64,000 nucleotides of DNA from an uncultured delta proteobacterium (GTDB lineage Bacteria > Desulfobacterota > Binatia > Binatales > Binataceae), in NCBI GenBank assembly GCA_963842085.1, contig CAWJET010000002.1, positions 320,001-384,000 of the forward strand, given 5' to 3'. Positions 51,100-60,577 of the stretch are shown in pieces. The position numbers and the translations under genes are program-made. The notes beneath the pieces are model-generated. The model saw only the letters and a program-made list of their open reading frames with translations, was not told where the DNA came from and searched no databases. How positions within the stretch are numbered: the stretch's first letter is position 1; every line of letters begins with the position of its first letter.

Positions 51100-51975
51100 A
51101 TGAGAGAAGTGCTCGCGCGGCGCGCGTTGGAGGCGATCGACAAGGCGTCGCGCCGGCTCGCCGACGCCGGCATCGAATCGTCGCGGCTGGACGCGGAGCT
51201 CCTGATGGCGGCGGCGGCGGGGGTCACGCGCGAAGCGGCTGTCACGGGTTCGATCGATCTCTCACCCACCGCGCTGAACGACTTCGACGCGCTGATCGCG
51301 CGGCGCGAAAAACGCGAACCGGTCGCGTACATCGTCGGTCACAAGGAATTCTATTCGCTCGATTTCGAGGTGAGTCCGGCGGTACTGATTCCGCGGCCGG
51401 AGAGCGAGCTCGTCGTTGCCGCGGCGCTCGAGTTTATCGCGCGGCGGCCGGCGGCGCGCGTACTCGACATCGGCACCGGTTCCGGCGCGATTGCGATCGC
51501 GATTGCGGTCAACGCGCCGCACACTCGGGTGACCGGCGTGGACATTTCCGCCGCCGCGATTGCGGTGGCGTCGCGCAACGCCCGTCGTCATCGAATCGAG
51601 GAGCGAGTCACGCTGCGGCGCGCCGACTGCTTTGAGGTTCTGGATGGAGGACCGGCGCTTGGAATTTTTGAAGTGATAGCCTCCAACCCGCCTTATCTGG
51701 ATGATGCAGAGATCGCCGCGCTGGAGCCCGAGGTGCGTGCGTACGAGCCGCGCGCCGCGATGAGCGCCGGAGCGGGAGGGCTCGATATCCTGCGCAGGAT
51801 TGCGGCGGGGGCGGCGCAGCATCTCGAGCGCAACGGCGAGCTGATGGTGGAAGTGGCGGCGGGACAGGCGGCGGCGGTCGCGAAACTTGTGGAGGAGACG
51901 GGCTTGCAGGTTGTCACTGTGATAAACGATTTCGCGGGGCATCCGCGCGTCGTGTGCGCGCGAAGAAGCGGGTAG
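51100..51975 (+). CDS. prmC: Release factor glutamine methyltransferase
   Basis: EPVAYIVG, VLIPRPESE, LDIGTGSG, SNPPY; follows prfA. Confidence 0.95.
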   Translation: MREVLARRALEAIDKASRRLADAGIESSRLDAELLMAAAAGVTREAAVTGSIDLSPTALNDFDALIARREKREPVAYIVGHKEFYSLDFEVSPAVLIPRPESELVVAAALEFIARRPAARVLDIGTGSGAIAIAIAVNAPHTRVTGVDISAAAIAVASRNARRHRIEERVTLRRADCFEVLDGGPALGIFEVIASNPPYLDDAEIAALEPEVRAYEPRAAMSAGAGGLDILRRIAAGAAQHLERNGELMVEVAAGQAAAVAKLVEETGLQVVTVINDFAGHPRVVCARRSG

Positions 51976-51977
51976 CG

Positions 51978-53234
51978 ATGGAAAAAATGATAATTCATGG
52001 CGGGACTCCGCTGCGCGGCACCGTCACGCTCAGCGGCAGCAAGAACGCCGCGCTACCGATCATGATGGCGTCGCTGCTGACGCCGGAGCCGCTGCGACTC
52101 AGCAACGTGCCGCGCCTTCGCGACGTGAAAACCGCGATGGATTTGCTCACCCAGCTCGGGGTGCACGCGCGCTGGACCGACGAGCATTGCGTCGAGCTGC
52201 GCGCCGCCAACGTTACCTCGCACGAGGCGTCGTACGAACTGGTCAAGACCATGCGCGCATCGTTCGTCGTGCTCGGGCCGCTGCTGGCGCGGACGGGTCG
52301 CGCCCGCGTCTCGACTCCGGGAGGATGCGCGATCGGCGCGCGCCCGGTGAATCTGCATATCGCGGGGATTCGCGCGCTCGGCAGCAAGATCCAGTTTCGT
52401 CACGGTTACGTCGAAGCGCATGCCGAGAAATTGACCGGCGGGCGGATCTGGCTCGATTCTCCATCAGTCGGAGCAACCGAGAACATTCTGATGGCGGCGG
52501 CGACGGCGCGTGGACGTACCGTGATCGAAAACGCCGCACGCGAGCCCGAGGTGCAGGACTTGGCGCGAGTGCTGGTCAAGATGGGCGCGAAGATCAACGG
52601 CGCCGGCACGCACGTGCTGGAAATCGAGGGCGTCGAGCGGCTGCATGGCGCGGAGCACGAAGTGATACCCGACCGAATCGAGGCTGGGTCCATGATGGCG
52701 GCGGCGGCGATCACCGGCGGCGACATTACGATTACGAACGCGCCGATGGAGCATCTCGACGCGGTTGCGGCCAAGCTGCGCGAGTCGGGTGTCGTGGTCG
52801 AGGCTAACGGCAAGGGCATCCGCGTCGCGCGCGCCAACGGACTCAGGTCGGTCGAGCTGCGCACGCTGCCGTACCCGGGGTTTCCGACCGACCTGCAGGC
52901 GCAGATGATGGCGATGCTGACGCAGGCCGACGGCACCTCGGTCATCACCGAGACGATATTCGAAAACCGGTTCATGCATGCGCAGGAACTGGCGCGGATG
53001 GGCGCCGACATCCTGATGAAGGGTCCCACCGCCGTGGTGCGCGGGCCGTCGAAGCTGTGCGGCGCGCCGGTGATGGCGACCGACCTGCGCGCCAGCATGG
53101 GCTTGATAATCGCCGGCCTTGCCGCCGAAAACACGACCGAGCTCAGCCGCATCTACCATCTGGATCGCGGCTACGAGGCGCTCGACGCGAAGCTGTCGGG
53201 TCTCGGCGCGCGAATCGAGCGCGCGCAAGAATAA
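51978..53234 (+). CDS. murA: UDP-N-acetylglucosamine 1-carboxyvinyltransferase
   Basis: GSKNAALP, PGGCAIGARP, SVGATEN, PYPGFPTDLQ, TDLRA, HLDRGYE. Confidence 0.97.
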   Translation: MEKMIIHGGTPLRGTVTLSGSKNAALPIMMASLLTPEPLRLSNVPRLRDVKTAMDLLTQLGVHARWTDEHCVELRAANVTSHEASYELVKTMRASFVVLGPLLARTGRARVSTPGGCAIGARPVNLHIAGIRALGSKIQFRHGYVEAHAEKLTGGRIWLDSPSVGATENILMAAATARGRTVIENAAREPEVQDLARVLVKMGAKINGAGTHVLEIEGVERLHGAEHEVIPDRIEAGSMMAAAAITGGDITITNAPMEHLDAVAAKLRESGVVVEANGKGIRVARANGLRSVELRTLPYPGFPTDLQAQMMAMLTQADGTSVITETIFENRFMHAQELARMGADILMKGPTAVVRGPSKLCGAPVMATDLRASMGLIIAGLAAENTTELSRIYHLDRGYEALDAKLSGLGARIERAQE

Positions 53235-54598
53235 TGAGGCCCCGGGTTCTCAGGTCGCGGACGCCGGAGTTCAGAAAATTTCTGGCCGCGATACTCGCGC
53301 GGCCCGGCGGCGACAGCACGGCCGTGGATCGGGCGGTGTCGAAGATTATCGCCGACGTGCGAAAGCGCGGCGATCGGGCGCTGATCGAGCTGACGGCCAG
53401 GTTTGACGGCGTGAAACTCACTCCAGCCACGCTCCGCGTGACGCCTGCCGAGCGCCATTCGGCGATCAACCGAATCCCGGCCGACGATCGCCGTGCGCTG
53501 GAGCTGGCGGCCGAGCGAATCGCGGAGTTCCATCGCCGCACGATGGACAAGTCGTTCATCTATCGCGACAAGTCCGGGATGCGGCTCGGCCAGATGGTCC
53601 AGCCGATGCGTCGCGTGGGGATATACGTGCCCGGCGGGCTCGGCGCGTATCCGTCGTCGCTGCTGATGAACGCGATTCCGGCCAAGGTCGCCGGCGTCGC
53701 CGAAATCGTGATGGTTTCGCCGCCGTCGGCGGAAGGTGAGCGGCTCGCCGTGCTGGCGGCCGCGGAAATCGCCGGCGTCGACGAGTTCTACCGCGTCGGC
53801 GGAGCGCAGGCGGTCGCCGCGCTTGCCTACGGCACGGAAACAATCAGGCCGGTGGACAAGATCGTCGGTCCCGGCAACGCGTTCGTGCAGGCCGCCAAGC
53901 GGATGGTCTATGGCGTCGTCGATATCGACAAGATGGCGGGGCCGAGTGAGGTGCTGGTGATAGCAGACGACCGCGCGCGTCCCGAATGGATCGCTGCCGA
54001 CCTGATCGCGCAGGCCGAGCACGGCTCCGGTGACGAGGCGGCCGTGCTGCTGACGACTTCGGCGAGCGTTGCGAATCGAGCGGCGGCGGCGGTGGAAATC
54101 GCGCTGAAGAGCCTGCCGCGCGCCCGCCAGGTCGAGGCGGTATTGGTCAAGCGCGGCGCGGTGGTCATCGTCAACGATTTGAACGAGGCGTTCGAGCTGG
54201 CCAATGAGATCGGGCCGGAGCATCTAGAGCTCGACGTGCGCAATCCGTCGCGGTGGCTGGCGCAGGTAAAGGCTGCGGGCGCGGTCTTTCTGGGGCCGCT
54301 CACTCCCGCGCCGCTTGGCGACTACCTTGCGGGTCCGAATCACGTTCTGCCGACCGGGGGCGCCGCGCGCTTTGCGTCGCCTCTGGGTGCATACGATTTC
54401 CTGAAACGAACCAGTATAATCGAGGCATCGACGGGTGCGATTGCGGCGCTCGGACCGGCAGTGGCGCATCTGGCGCGGATGGAAGGGTTCGAGGGGCACG
54501 CGCGCGCGATGGAACTTCGGGCCGCGACGGCAGGGGTGACCGCTGCACCCAGCATTAAGAAAAAGATGCGGGCCGCGCGCGTTAGAAATTGCGAGTGA
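53234..54598 (+). CDS. hisD: Histidinol dehydrogenase
   Basis: GIYVPGG, GGAQAVAALAYGT, GPGN, AGPSE, QAEH, PEHL, GDYLAGPNHVLPT; ATG overlaps the murA TAA. Confidence 0.95.
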   Translation: MRPRVLRSRTPEFRKFLAAILARPGGDSTAVDRAVSKIIADVRKRGDRALIELTARFDGVKLTPATLRVTPAERHSAINRIPADDRRALELAAERIAEFHRRTMDKSFIYRDKSGMRLGQMVQPMRRVGIYVPGGLGAYPSSLLMNAIPAKVAGVAEIVMVSPPSAEGERLAVLAAAEIAGVDEFYRVGGAQAVAALAYGTETIRPVDKIVGPGNAFVQAAKRMVYGVVDIDKMAGPSEVLVIADDRARPEWIAADLIAQAEHGSGDEAAVLLTTSASVANRAAAAVEIALKSLPRARQVEAVLVKRGAVVIVNDLNEAFELANEIGPEHLELDVRNPSRWLAQVKAAGAVFLGPLTPAPLGDYLAGPNHVLPTGGAARFASPLGAYDFLKRTSIIEASTGAIAALGPAVAHLARMEGFEGHARAMELRAATAGVTAAPSIKKKMRAARVRNCE

Positions 54599-54618
54599 AG
54601 GGTGAAGGGGCAGGCGGA

Positions 54619-55287
54619 ATGCAAAACAGACGCAAAGTCAGTGTGCAAAACAAAGGCAAGACCACGGGGCCGGTCGCGCGGCTGGCGCCGGCCAAGGCGA
54701 AGCGCAGCGCCGAAGTCGAGCGCAAGACGCGCGAGACTTCCGTCACGGTCGCGCTCAAGCTCGATGGCGCAGGGCGCGGCGAGGCAAAGACCGGCGTTCC
54801 GTTCCTCGATCACATGCTCGAAAGCTTCGCCCGCCACGGATTCTTCGATCTGAAGGTCGAGGCCACCGGCGACTTGCATATAGATGACCATCACACGGTC
54901 GAAGACGTCGGAATCGTCGTGGGCCGAGCGTTTCGCGAAGCGCTCGGCGATCGCGCAGGAATCAAGCGCTTTGGCGAGGCGACGGTGCCGCTGGACGAGG
55001 CGGTCTGCACGGCGATTGTCGATATCAGCGGTCGCGCATACCTGGGTTACAACGTCCCGATCAGCCAGGAGCGCGTCGGCAACTTCCAGACCGAGCTGGT
55101 GCACGATTTCATGAAGGCGCTGACGGACGAGGTCGGGATGAACCTCCACCTCAACCTGGTTAGCGGTCGCAACCCGCATCACATCATCGAGGCGACGTTC
55201 AAGGCGTTGGCGCGCGCGATGGATCATGCGACGACGCGCGAGCCGCGGCTGTCCGGCGTGCTTTCGACCAAGGGCACGCTCAGCTAG
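54619..55287 (+). CDS. hisB: Imidazoleglycerol-phosphate dehydratase
   Basis: RKTRET, FLDHML, DDHHTVED, PLDEA, NPHHIIE, STKG. Confidence 0.96.
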   Translation: MQNRRKVSVQNKGKTTGPVARLAPAKAKRSAEVERKTRETSVTVALKLDGAGRGEAKTGVPFLDHMLESFARHGFFDLKVEATGDLHIDDHHTVEDVGIVVGRAFREALGDRAGIKRFGEATVPLDEAVCTAIVDISGRAYLGYNVPISQERVGNFQTELVHDFMKALTDEVGMNLHLNLVSGRNPHHIIEATFKALARAMDHATTREPRLSGVLSTKGTLS

Positions 55288-55309
55288 ATCGCTGATTAGA
55301 ATAGTTCGC

Positions 55310-56047
55310 TTGTTCGAGAAGTTCACCGTTATTCCCGCAATTGACCTGAAGGGCGGCCGGGTCGTGCGCCTGCTCCGCGGCGACATGAACCGGGCGACCG
55401 TCTACGGCGGCGAGCCCGGAGATGCGGCGCGTCGCTTCGAGGATGAGGGTGCGGAGCTGATTCACGTCGTCGATCTGGACGGCGCGATCGCGGGGGAGCC
55501 ACGAAATGTCGCGGCGATCGCGCAAATTCGAGCCGCCGTGAAATGTGCTATCGACGTGAGCGGCGGGCTGCGCACGATCGAAGCGGTACGCGCGACGTTC
55601 GCGGCCGGTGCGGACCGGGTCTCGATTGGTTCGGCCGCATTGCTCAATCCAGAGCTGGTTCAGCGCGCCTGCGCCGAGTTCCCCGGCCGGGTGTTCGGGT
55701 CGATCGACATTCGAGACGGCCGGCTCGCCGTCAAGGGATGGGTCGAGACCAGCCAACTCACGCTCGCCGAAGCAGCGGAACGGTTTCGCGTCGCGGGAGT
55801 TGCCGCCGCAATCGTGACCGACATCGCCCGCGATGGGGCGCAGGTCGGCGTAGATGCGGTCGGAATGGAAGAAGTCGCGCGCGCGGTTCGCATCCCGGTC
55901 ATTGCGTCGGGTGGTGTCGCGAGCCTCGATGACATTCGCGGTCTTCGAAGGCTGTTCGGCACCGGGGTGGTGGGAGTGGTCGTCGGACGGGCGCTTTATT
56001 CAGGGAATTTCGGCTTGAAAGACGCGTTGGCAGCGGCTATCAGCTAA
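55310..56047 (+). CDS. hisA: ProFAR isomerase HisA
   Basis: IPAIDLKGGRVVRL, HVVDLDGA, GGLRT, TDIARDG, IASGGV, GRALY; TTG start assumed. Confidence 0.93.
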   Translation: MFEKFTVIPAIDLKGGRVVRLLRGDMNRATVYGGEPGDAARRFEDEGAELIHVVDLDGAIAGEPRNVAAIAQIRAAVKCAIDVSGGLRTIEAVRATFAAGADRVSIGSAALLNPELVQRACAEFPGRVFGSIDIRDGRLAVKGWVETSQLTLAEAAERFRVAGVAAAIVTDIARDGAQVGVDAVGMEEVARAVRIPVIASGGVASLDDIRGLRRLFGTGVVGVVVGRALYSGNFGLKDALAAAIS

Positions 56048-56070
56048 ACAACATCCGGTCGCTCACCCGG

Positions 56071-57093
56071 TCAGCTTGCGTCAGACCGCAGCCTCACCTG
56101 TGGATTCGCGCAGCATCGCGGCACGCGCCCGGCGAACACGTCGATAATATTGTCCACCGCTATCGCGCTCATCCGCGCCCGCGTCGCAATGCTGGCGCTG
56201 CCGATGTGCGGCGTGATTACGACATTGGCGAGTCGAAGGATTGGATCACGCGGCGCAATCGGCTCGGGATCGGTTACGTCGAGGCCTGCGCCGGCCAAGC
56301 GCCCTGATTTCAGCGCCGCGAGCATCGCGGTTTGATCGACGATCGCTCCGCGCGCGGTATTGATTAGAATCGCGCCGCGCTTCATCAGCGCGAACTCGCG
56401 CGCCCCTATCATGTGACGTGTCTTTGGTGTCAGCGGTACGTGAATCGACACAAAATCTGACTGTGCCAGCAGGCGGGGCAGGCTGACACCGACGGCGCCC
56501 ATGAGGCGCGCGTCGTTTCGAGGCAGCTTTCGCCTGCTCGACGGATGGTTGAGATAGAGCACGCGCATCCCGAAGCCCGTCGCGCGGCGCGCCATTGCCC
56601 GGCCAATTGCGCCGAATCCAACCAGCCCGAGCGTGCTCGAGTGCACGTCGCGGCCGAGCATCGTCATCGGCCCCCACGTGCGCCACTTGCCCGCGCGCAC
56701 GTGACGGTCGGCCTCGGCGATTCGCCGCGCCGCGGCCATCAGCAGGCCGAAGGCAAGGTCGGCGGTGGCCTCGGTCAGGACTCCGGGGGTGTGACCGACG
56801 GCGATTCCGGCGCGGGTGGCGGCGTCGAGGTCGATATTGTCGACGCCGACGGCCAGGTTGCTGATGACGCGAAGCCGCGGCGCGCTCACGATCGCGCGCT
56901 CGTCGATCTTGTCGGTGAGCATCGAGAGCACTGCGTCGGCGTCCGCCAGTGCGGATCTCAGAGCCGGCGCCGGCGGCGGTGTCTCGCCTTGCCACACCGT
57001 AACCGCGGCGGCGGCGCGGAGACGGTCGAGCGCGGCGCGCTCGATCGCGCGGGTGACGAAGACTTTTCTGCGTCGGCGTGCCGGACGCGGCAT
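56071..57093 (-). CDS. D-glycerate dehydrogenase / glyoxylate reductase family
   Basis: AVGVDNID, TPGVLTEATAD, GFGAIG, INTARG, GLDV..PEP, PHIGSA. Confidence 0.92.
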   Translation of the reverse strand: MPRPARRRRKVFVTRAIERAALDRLRAAAAVTVWQGETPPPAPALRSALADADAVLSMLTDKIDERAIVSAPRLRVISNLAVGVDNIDLDAATRAGIAVGHTPGVLTEATADLAFGLLMAAARRIAEADRHVRAGKWRTWGPMTMLGRDVHSSTLGLVGFGAIGRAMARRATGFGMRVLYLNHPSSRRKLPRNDARLMGAVGVSLPRLLAQSDFVSIHVPLTPKTRHMIGAREFALMKRGAILINTARGAIVDQTAMLAALKSGRLAGAGLDVTDPEPIAPRDPILRLANVVITPHIGSASIATRARMSAIAVDNIIDVFAGRVPRCCANPQVRLRSDAS

Positions 57094-57149
57094 GCGGCTA
57101 AGCTCCCGGTGGTTCAAATAGTTCTTTGGCTCTGCTATACGCGACAAGC

Positions 57150-59321
57150 GTGGCTGACTCCATCGTTTCATCGGTAATATCGTCGGCTCGTTCGAGTGGA
57201 CGGTCGGTTCTCACGGAAATCGAGAGCAAGCGAATCATGCATTCGCTCGGCCTGCCGGTCGTGGTGCCGGAGGCTGCGTCAACGGCTGACGACGCCGTCC
57301 GGGCGGCGGCCCGGATCGGATTCCCGGTGGTGCTGAAAGTGCTGTCACTGCAGGTGAGTCACAAGAGCGACGTCGGCGGCGTCGCGCTGAATCTCGACAA
57401 TGAAGCCGCTGTGCGCGATGCGTTCGAGCGAATCCGCAGCAATCTGGCCGCAGGCGCCGCCGACGCGCGCTTCGAAGGGGTTGCGGTGCAGCCGATGGCG
57501 AAGCCGGGCGTTGAGCTGCTCGCCGGGACGTTCCACGACGATCGATTCGGCGCGATGGTGATGGTGGGGCTGGGCGGCGTGTTCGTCGAGGTGCTGAAAG
57601 ACACCGCGCTGGCGCTTGCGCCGATTGGCGGGCGCGAAGCGTCGGCGATGCTCGCGCGGCTTCGCGGCGCGCAGATTCTGCGCGGCGTCCGCGGTCAGCC
57701 TGGCGTTGATATCGACGCGCTCGTTTCGCTGCTCGAGACCGTCTCGGGAATCGCCGCGACGCATCCGGATATTGCCGAGATGGATCTCAATCCGGTCGTT
57801 GCGTACGAGGACGGTCTCGCGATCCTGGATGCGCGAATCGTGCTCGCGGCGGCCAAGACCGAGACACCGCCGCCGGACCCGCATCGCGCGGCGCGGCTCA
57901 AAAATCTCGCGCGCGCTTTCAACCCGCGCACGGTTGCCGTCATCGGCGACAAGCGGATGAGCGGGTACATGTGGATCCGCGCGATGGCGCATCTCAAGGG
58001 CAAGCTCTACTCGGTGCAAATCGATCCCAACGAGATACCGGGCATCGAAGCGATGGGCGTGGAGAACCGCAAGAGCCTGGCCGAAATCACGGAGCCGGTC
58101 GATTACGCGGTCAGCGCCGTGCCGCGCCAGATCGCACCGCGAATTTTGAAGGATTGCGTCGCCAACCACGTCGGCTCGATCGGATTTTTCACGTCGGGAT
58201 TTTCGGAGACCTCGGAGGAGCTGGGAATCCGGCTCGAAGCCGAGCTGCGCGACATCGCGCTCAACTCGGAGATCGCGCTGGTCGGTCCCAATTGCATGGG
58301 GCTGTACAGCCCGGCGGCGGGCCTCTGCAATTTTCCCGAAGAAAATGTGGGAGACGGCGGCGACGTCTGCTTCATCTCGCAAAGCGGCACGCACACCATC
58401 AACTTTTGCCTGCAGGCGCCCACCCACGGCAACAAGGTCAACAAGGCGGCGTCGATCGGCAACGTGCTGGTGCTCGAGGCGGCGGACTATATCGACCTGA
58501 TGACGGCCGATCCGGCGACCCGCGTGATTGGGATGTATATCGAAGGCGTGCGCGACGGGCGCCGGTTCTTTGACAGCGTCCGGCACGCGGCCGAGCGTCA
58601 TCCGGTGGTCATCTGGAAGGGCGGGGTGACCGAGGCGGGCGCGCGCGCCACATTCTCGCATACCGGGTCGCTCGCGACTGCCGAGGCGACCTGGCGCGCC
58701 GTGGTGCGGCAGAGTGGCGCGGTCGAAGTGGCGAGCCTCGATGCGATGCTCGACGCGGTCGAGCTGTTCGCGCGCGCCAAGCGTATCGGCGGCAAGCGGA
58801 TGGGTCTGGTTGCGATGACCGGCGGCCAGTCCGTGGTGATCACCGACACGTTTGCGACGGCGGGGCTCGAAATTCCCGCGCTATCGGAGTCGTCGTACGA
58901 CGAGCTGAAGACGTTTTTTAATATAATCGGAGGCAGCTACCGCAATCCGCTCGATGCGGGCGGTACGATCGGCGCGGCGCACCATCAGGGCAATCTCGAT
59001 CGCATCCTCGAGATTCTCGAACGCGACCCGGTCATCGACGCGATCGTGCTGGAGGTCGGCACCGGATTGCGTGCGGCACGATGGGCCACGCACGAGGATG
59101 AGATCACGGGCCTGCTCGACAAGCTGGCGGATTTTGCCGGGCGCTCGACCAAGCCGTTCGCTATCGTGATGCATCCTGCGCACGTCGAGGCGATCGTCGC
59201 GCGGGGCAAGGAGCTTGCGCGAGCGCGCGGGGTGGTCGTGTTCGACAGTTTCGAGCGCGCCGCCGCCGCATTCAGGACCGCGTCGGACTACTGGGCAAAT
59301 CGCTCGCGGCTGGGCAGCTAG
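57150..59321 (+). CDS. ADP-forming acyl-CoA synthetase (ATP-grasp domain first, then CoA-binding domains)
   Basis: GFPVVLK..HKSDVGGV..DLNPV..DAR, then FNPRTVAVIG, GPNCMG, SQSG, SHTGSLA, NPLD. Confidence 0.88.
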   Translation: MADSIVSSVISSARSSGRSVLTEIESKRIMHSLGLPVVVPEAASTADDAVRAAARIGFPVVLKVLSLQVSHKSDVGGVALNLDNEAAVRDAFERIRSNLAAGAADARFEGVAVQPMAKPGVELLAGTFHDDRFGAMVMVGLGGVFVEVLKDTALALAPIGGREASAMLARLRGAQILRGVRGQPGVDIDALVSLLETVSGIAATHPDIAEMDLNPVVAYEDGLAILDARIVLAAAKTETPPPDPHRAARLKNLARAFNPRTVAVIGDKRMSGYMWIRAMAHLKGKLYSVQIDPNEIPGIEAMGVENRKSLAEITEPVDYAVSAVPRQIAPRILKDCVANHVGSIGFFTSGFSETSEELGIRLEAELRDIALNSEIALVGPNCMGLYSPAAGLCNFPEENVGDGGDVCFISQSGTHTINFCLQAPTHGNKVNKAASIGNVLVLEAADYIDLMTADPATRVIGMYIEGVRDGRRFFDSVRHAAERHPVVIWKGGVTEAGARATFSHTGSLATAEATWRAVVRQSGAVEVASLDAMLDAVELFARAKRIGGKRMGLVAMTGGQSVVITDTFATAGLEIPALSESSYDELKTFFNIIGGSYRNPLDAGGTIGAAHHQGNLDRILEILERDPVIDAIVLEVGTGLRAARWATHEDEITGLLDKLADFAGRSTKPFAIVMHPAHVEAIVARGKELARARGVVVFDSFERAAAAFRTASDYWANRSRLGS

Positions 59322-59387
59322 AGTCAAGCAGTCCAGGTTGACTCAGCGGCGTTCGGCTCTGAGACTCAACTTCTGGAGGTGCTGAAT

Positions 59388-60566
59388 ATGGAGCAGCTCG
59401 TATCGGAACAAGCCCGACCTTATTTCGAGAAGGTGCAGAAGATTGCAGCGATAATTCGCGAGCATGCCGATCGCGCCGAGTGCGAGGCGCAGATGCCGCG
59501 CGAGGTTGCCGATGCGTTCCACGAGACCGGGCTGTTTAAGGTTTTCCTGCCGCGCAATATGGGCGGCGGCGAGCTGACGATTCCCGATTCGCTGCGGCTA
59601 TGCGAGGAAATTTCGCGCATCGACGCGTCCACGGGCTGGAACTTCGCGATCTGTTCCGGCGGCCCACTGTTCGGACACAACCTCTCGCGTGCGGCGTTCG
59701 AAAAGATCTACGGCGATCCGCGAGGCGTCAGCGCCGGATCGCTGAATCCGATGACCACGCAGGCGGTTTCGGTGGAGGGCGGATGGCGACTCAGCGGGAA
59801 GGCCCAATATGCCAGCGGTTCAGGGCACGCGACCTATCTGTTGGCGGCCGGACTTGTTTTGCGCGATGGTGCGCCGCAATTCGTCAACGAGGTTCCTGTG
59901 CTGCGTGCGGGGCTGTTTCCGATCGAGCATGCGAAAATCCTGAACACCTGGTCGACCGCTGGAATGAGAGGCACCGGCAGCAACGATTGCGTGTTCGAAA
60001 ATGTTTTTGTGCCGGATGAATTCACTTTCGATTGGCTGGACGCGAAATCGCCGTGGCAGCGCGGTCCGTTCGGCAACATTCCATTACACGTGCAAATCTC
60101 GGGCGGCCTCGCGCCTGTGATCCTTGGCGCCGCACGCCACGCGCTCGATACGCTGAATGAGCTTGCACGCGCCAAGGTGCCGGCAGCAACTCGGGCTACG
60201 TTGCGCGAGCGCCCGATCGCACAAATCCAGTTCGCGCAGGCGGAGGGTCTGCTGCAGGCGGCGCGCTCCTACCTGTACAGTTCGCAAGATGAGGTGTGGC
60301 GCAAGGGCGAGGCGGGCGAGAGCTTCACCGTTCAGGATCTGGCGCATATTCGGCTCGCAATCGTCACCGCTATGAAGCTGGGGCTGCAGGCGGTCGATCT
60401 GGTCGCGGACGCGGCCGGGATGAACTCGGCGCAGAAGTCGTGTCCGATCGAGCGATGCTGGCGCGATGCGCATACGGCATCGCAGCACGTGTTGGTAAAC
60501 ACGGCGCGCTTCGAGGTGGTAGGCCGCGTGCTGTTCGGACTGGATCCAGGCTCGCCGGTAATCTGA
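59388..60566 (+). CDS. Acyl-CoA-dehydrogenase-fold flavin-dependent monooxygenase (HsaA/HpaH-like oxygenase component)
   Basis: DASTGW, YASGS, TWSTAGMRGTGS, IERCWRDAHTASQH. Confidence 0.82.
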   Translation: MEQLVSEQARPYFEKVQKIAAIIREHADRAECEAQMPREVADAFHETGLFKVFLPRNMGGGELTIPDSLRLCEEISRIDASTGWNFAICSGGPLFGHNLSRAAFEKIYGDPRGVSAGSLNPMTTQAVSVEGGWRLSGKAQYASGSGHATYLLAAGLVLRDGAPQFVNEVPVLRAGLFPIEHAKILNTWSTAGMRGTGSNDCVFENVFVPDEFTFDWLDAKSPWQRGPFGNIPLHVQISGGLAPVILGAARHALDTLNELARAKVPAATRATLRERPIAQIQFAQAEGLLQAARSYLYSSQDEVWRKGEAGESFTVQDLAHIRLAIVTAMKLGLQAVDLVADAAGMNSAQKSCPIERCWRDAHTASQHVLVNTARFEVVGRVLFGLDPGSPVI

Positions 60567-60577
60567 AACGATGATAT

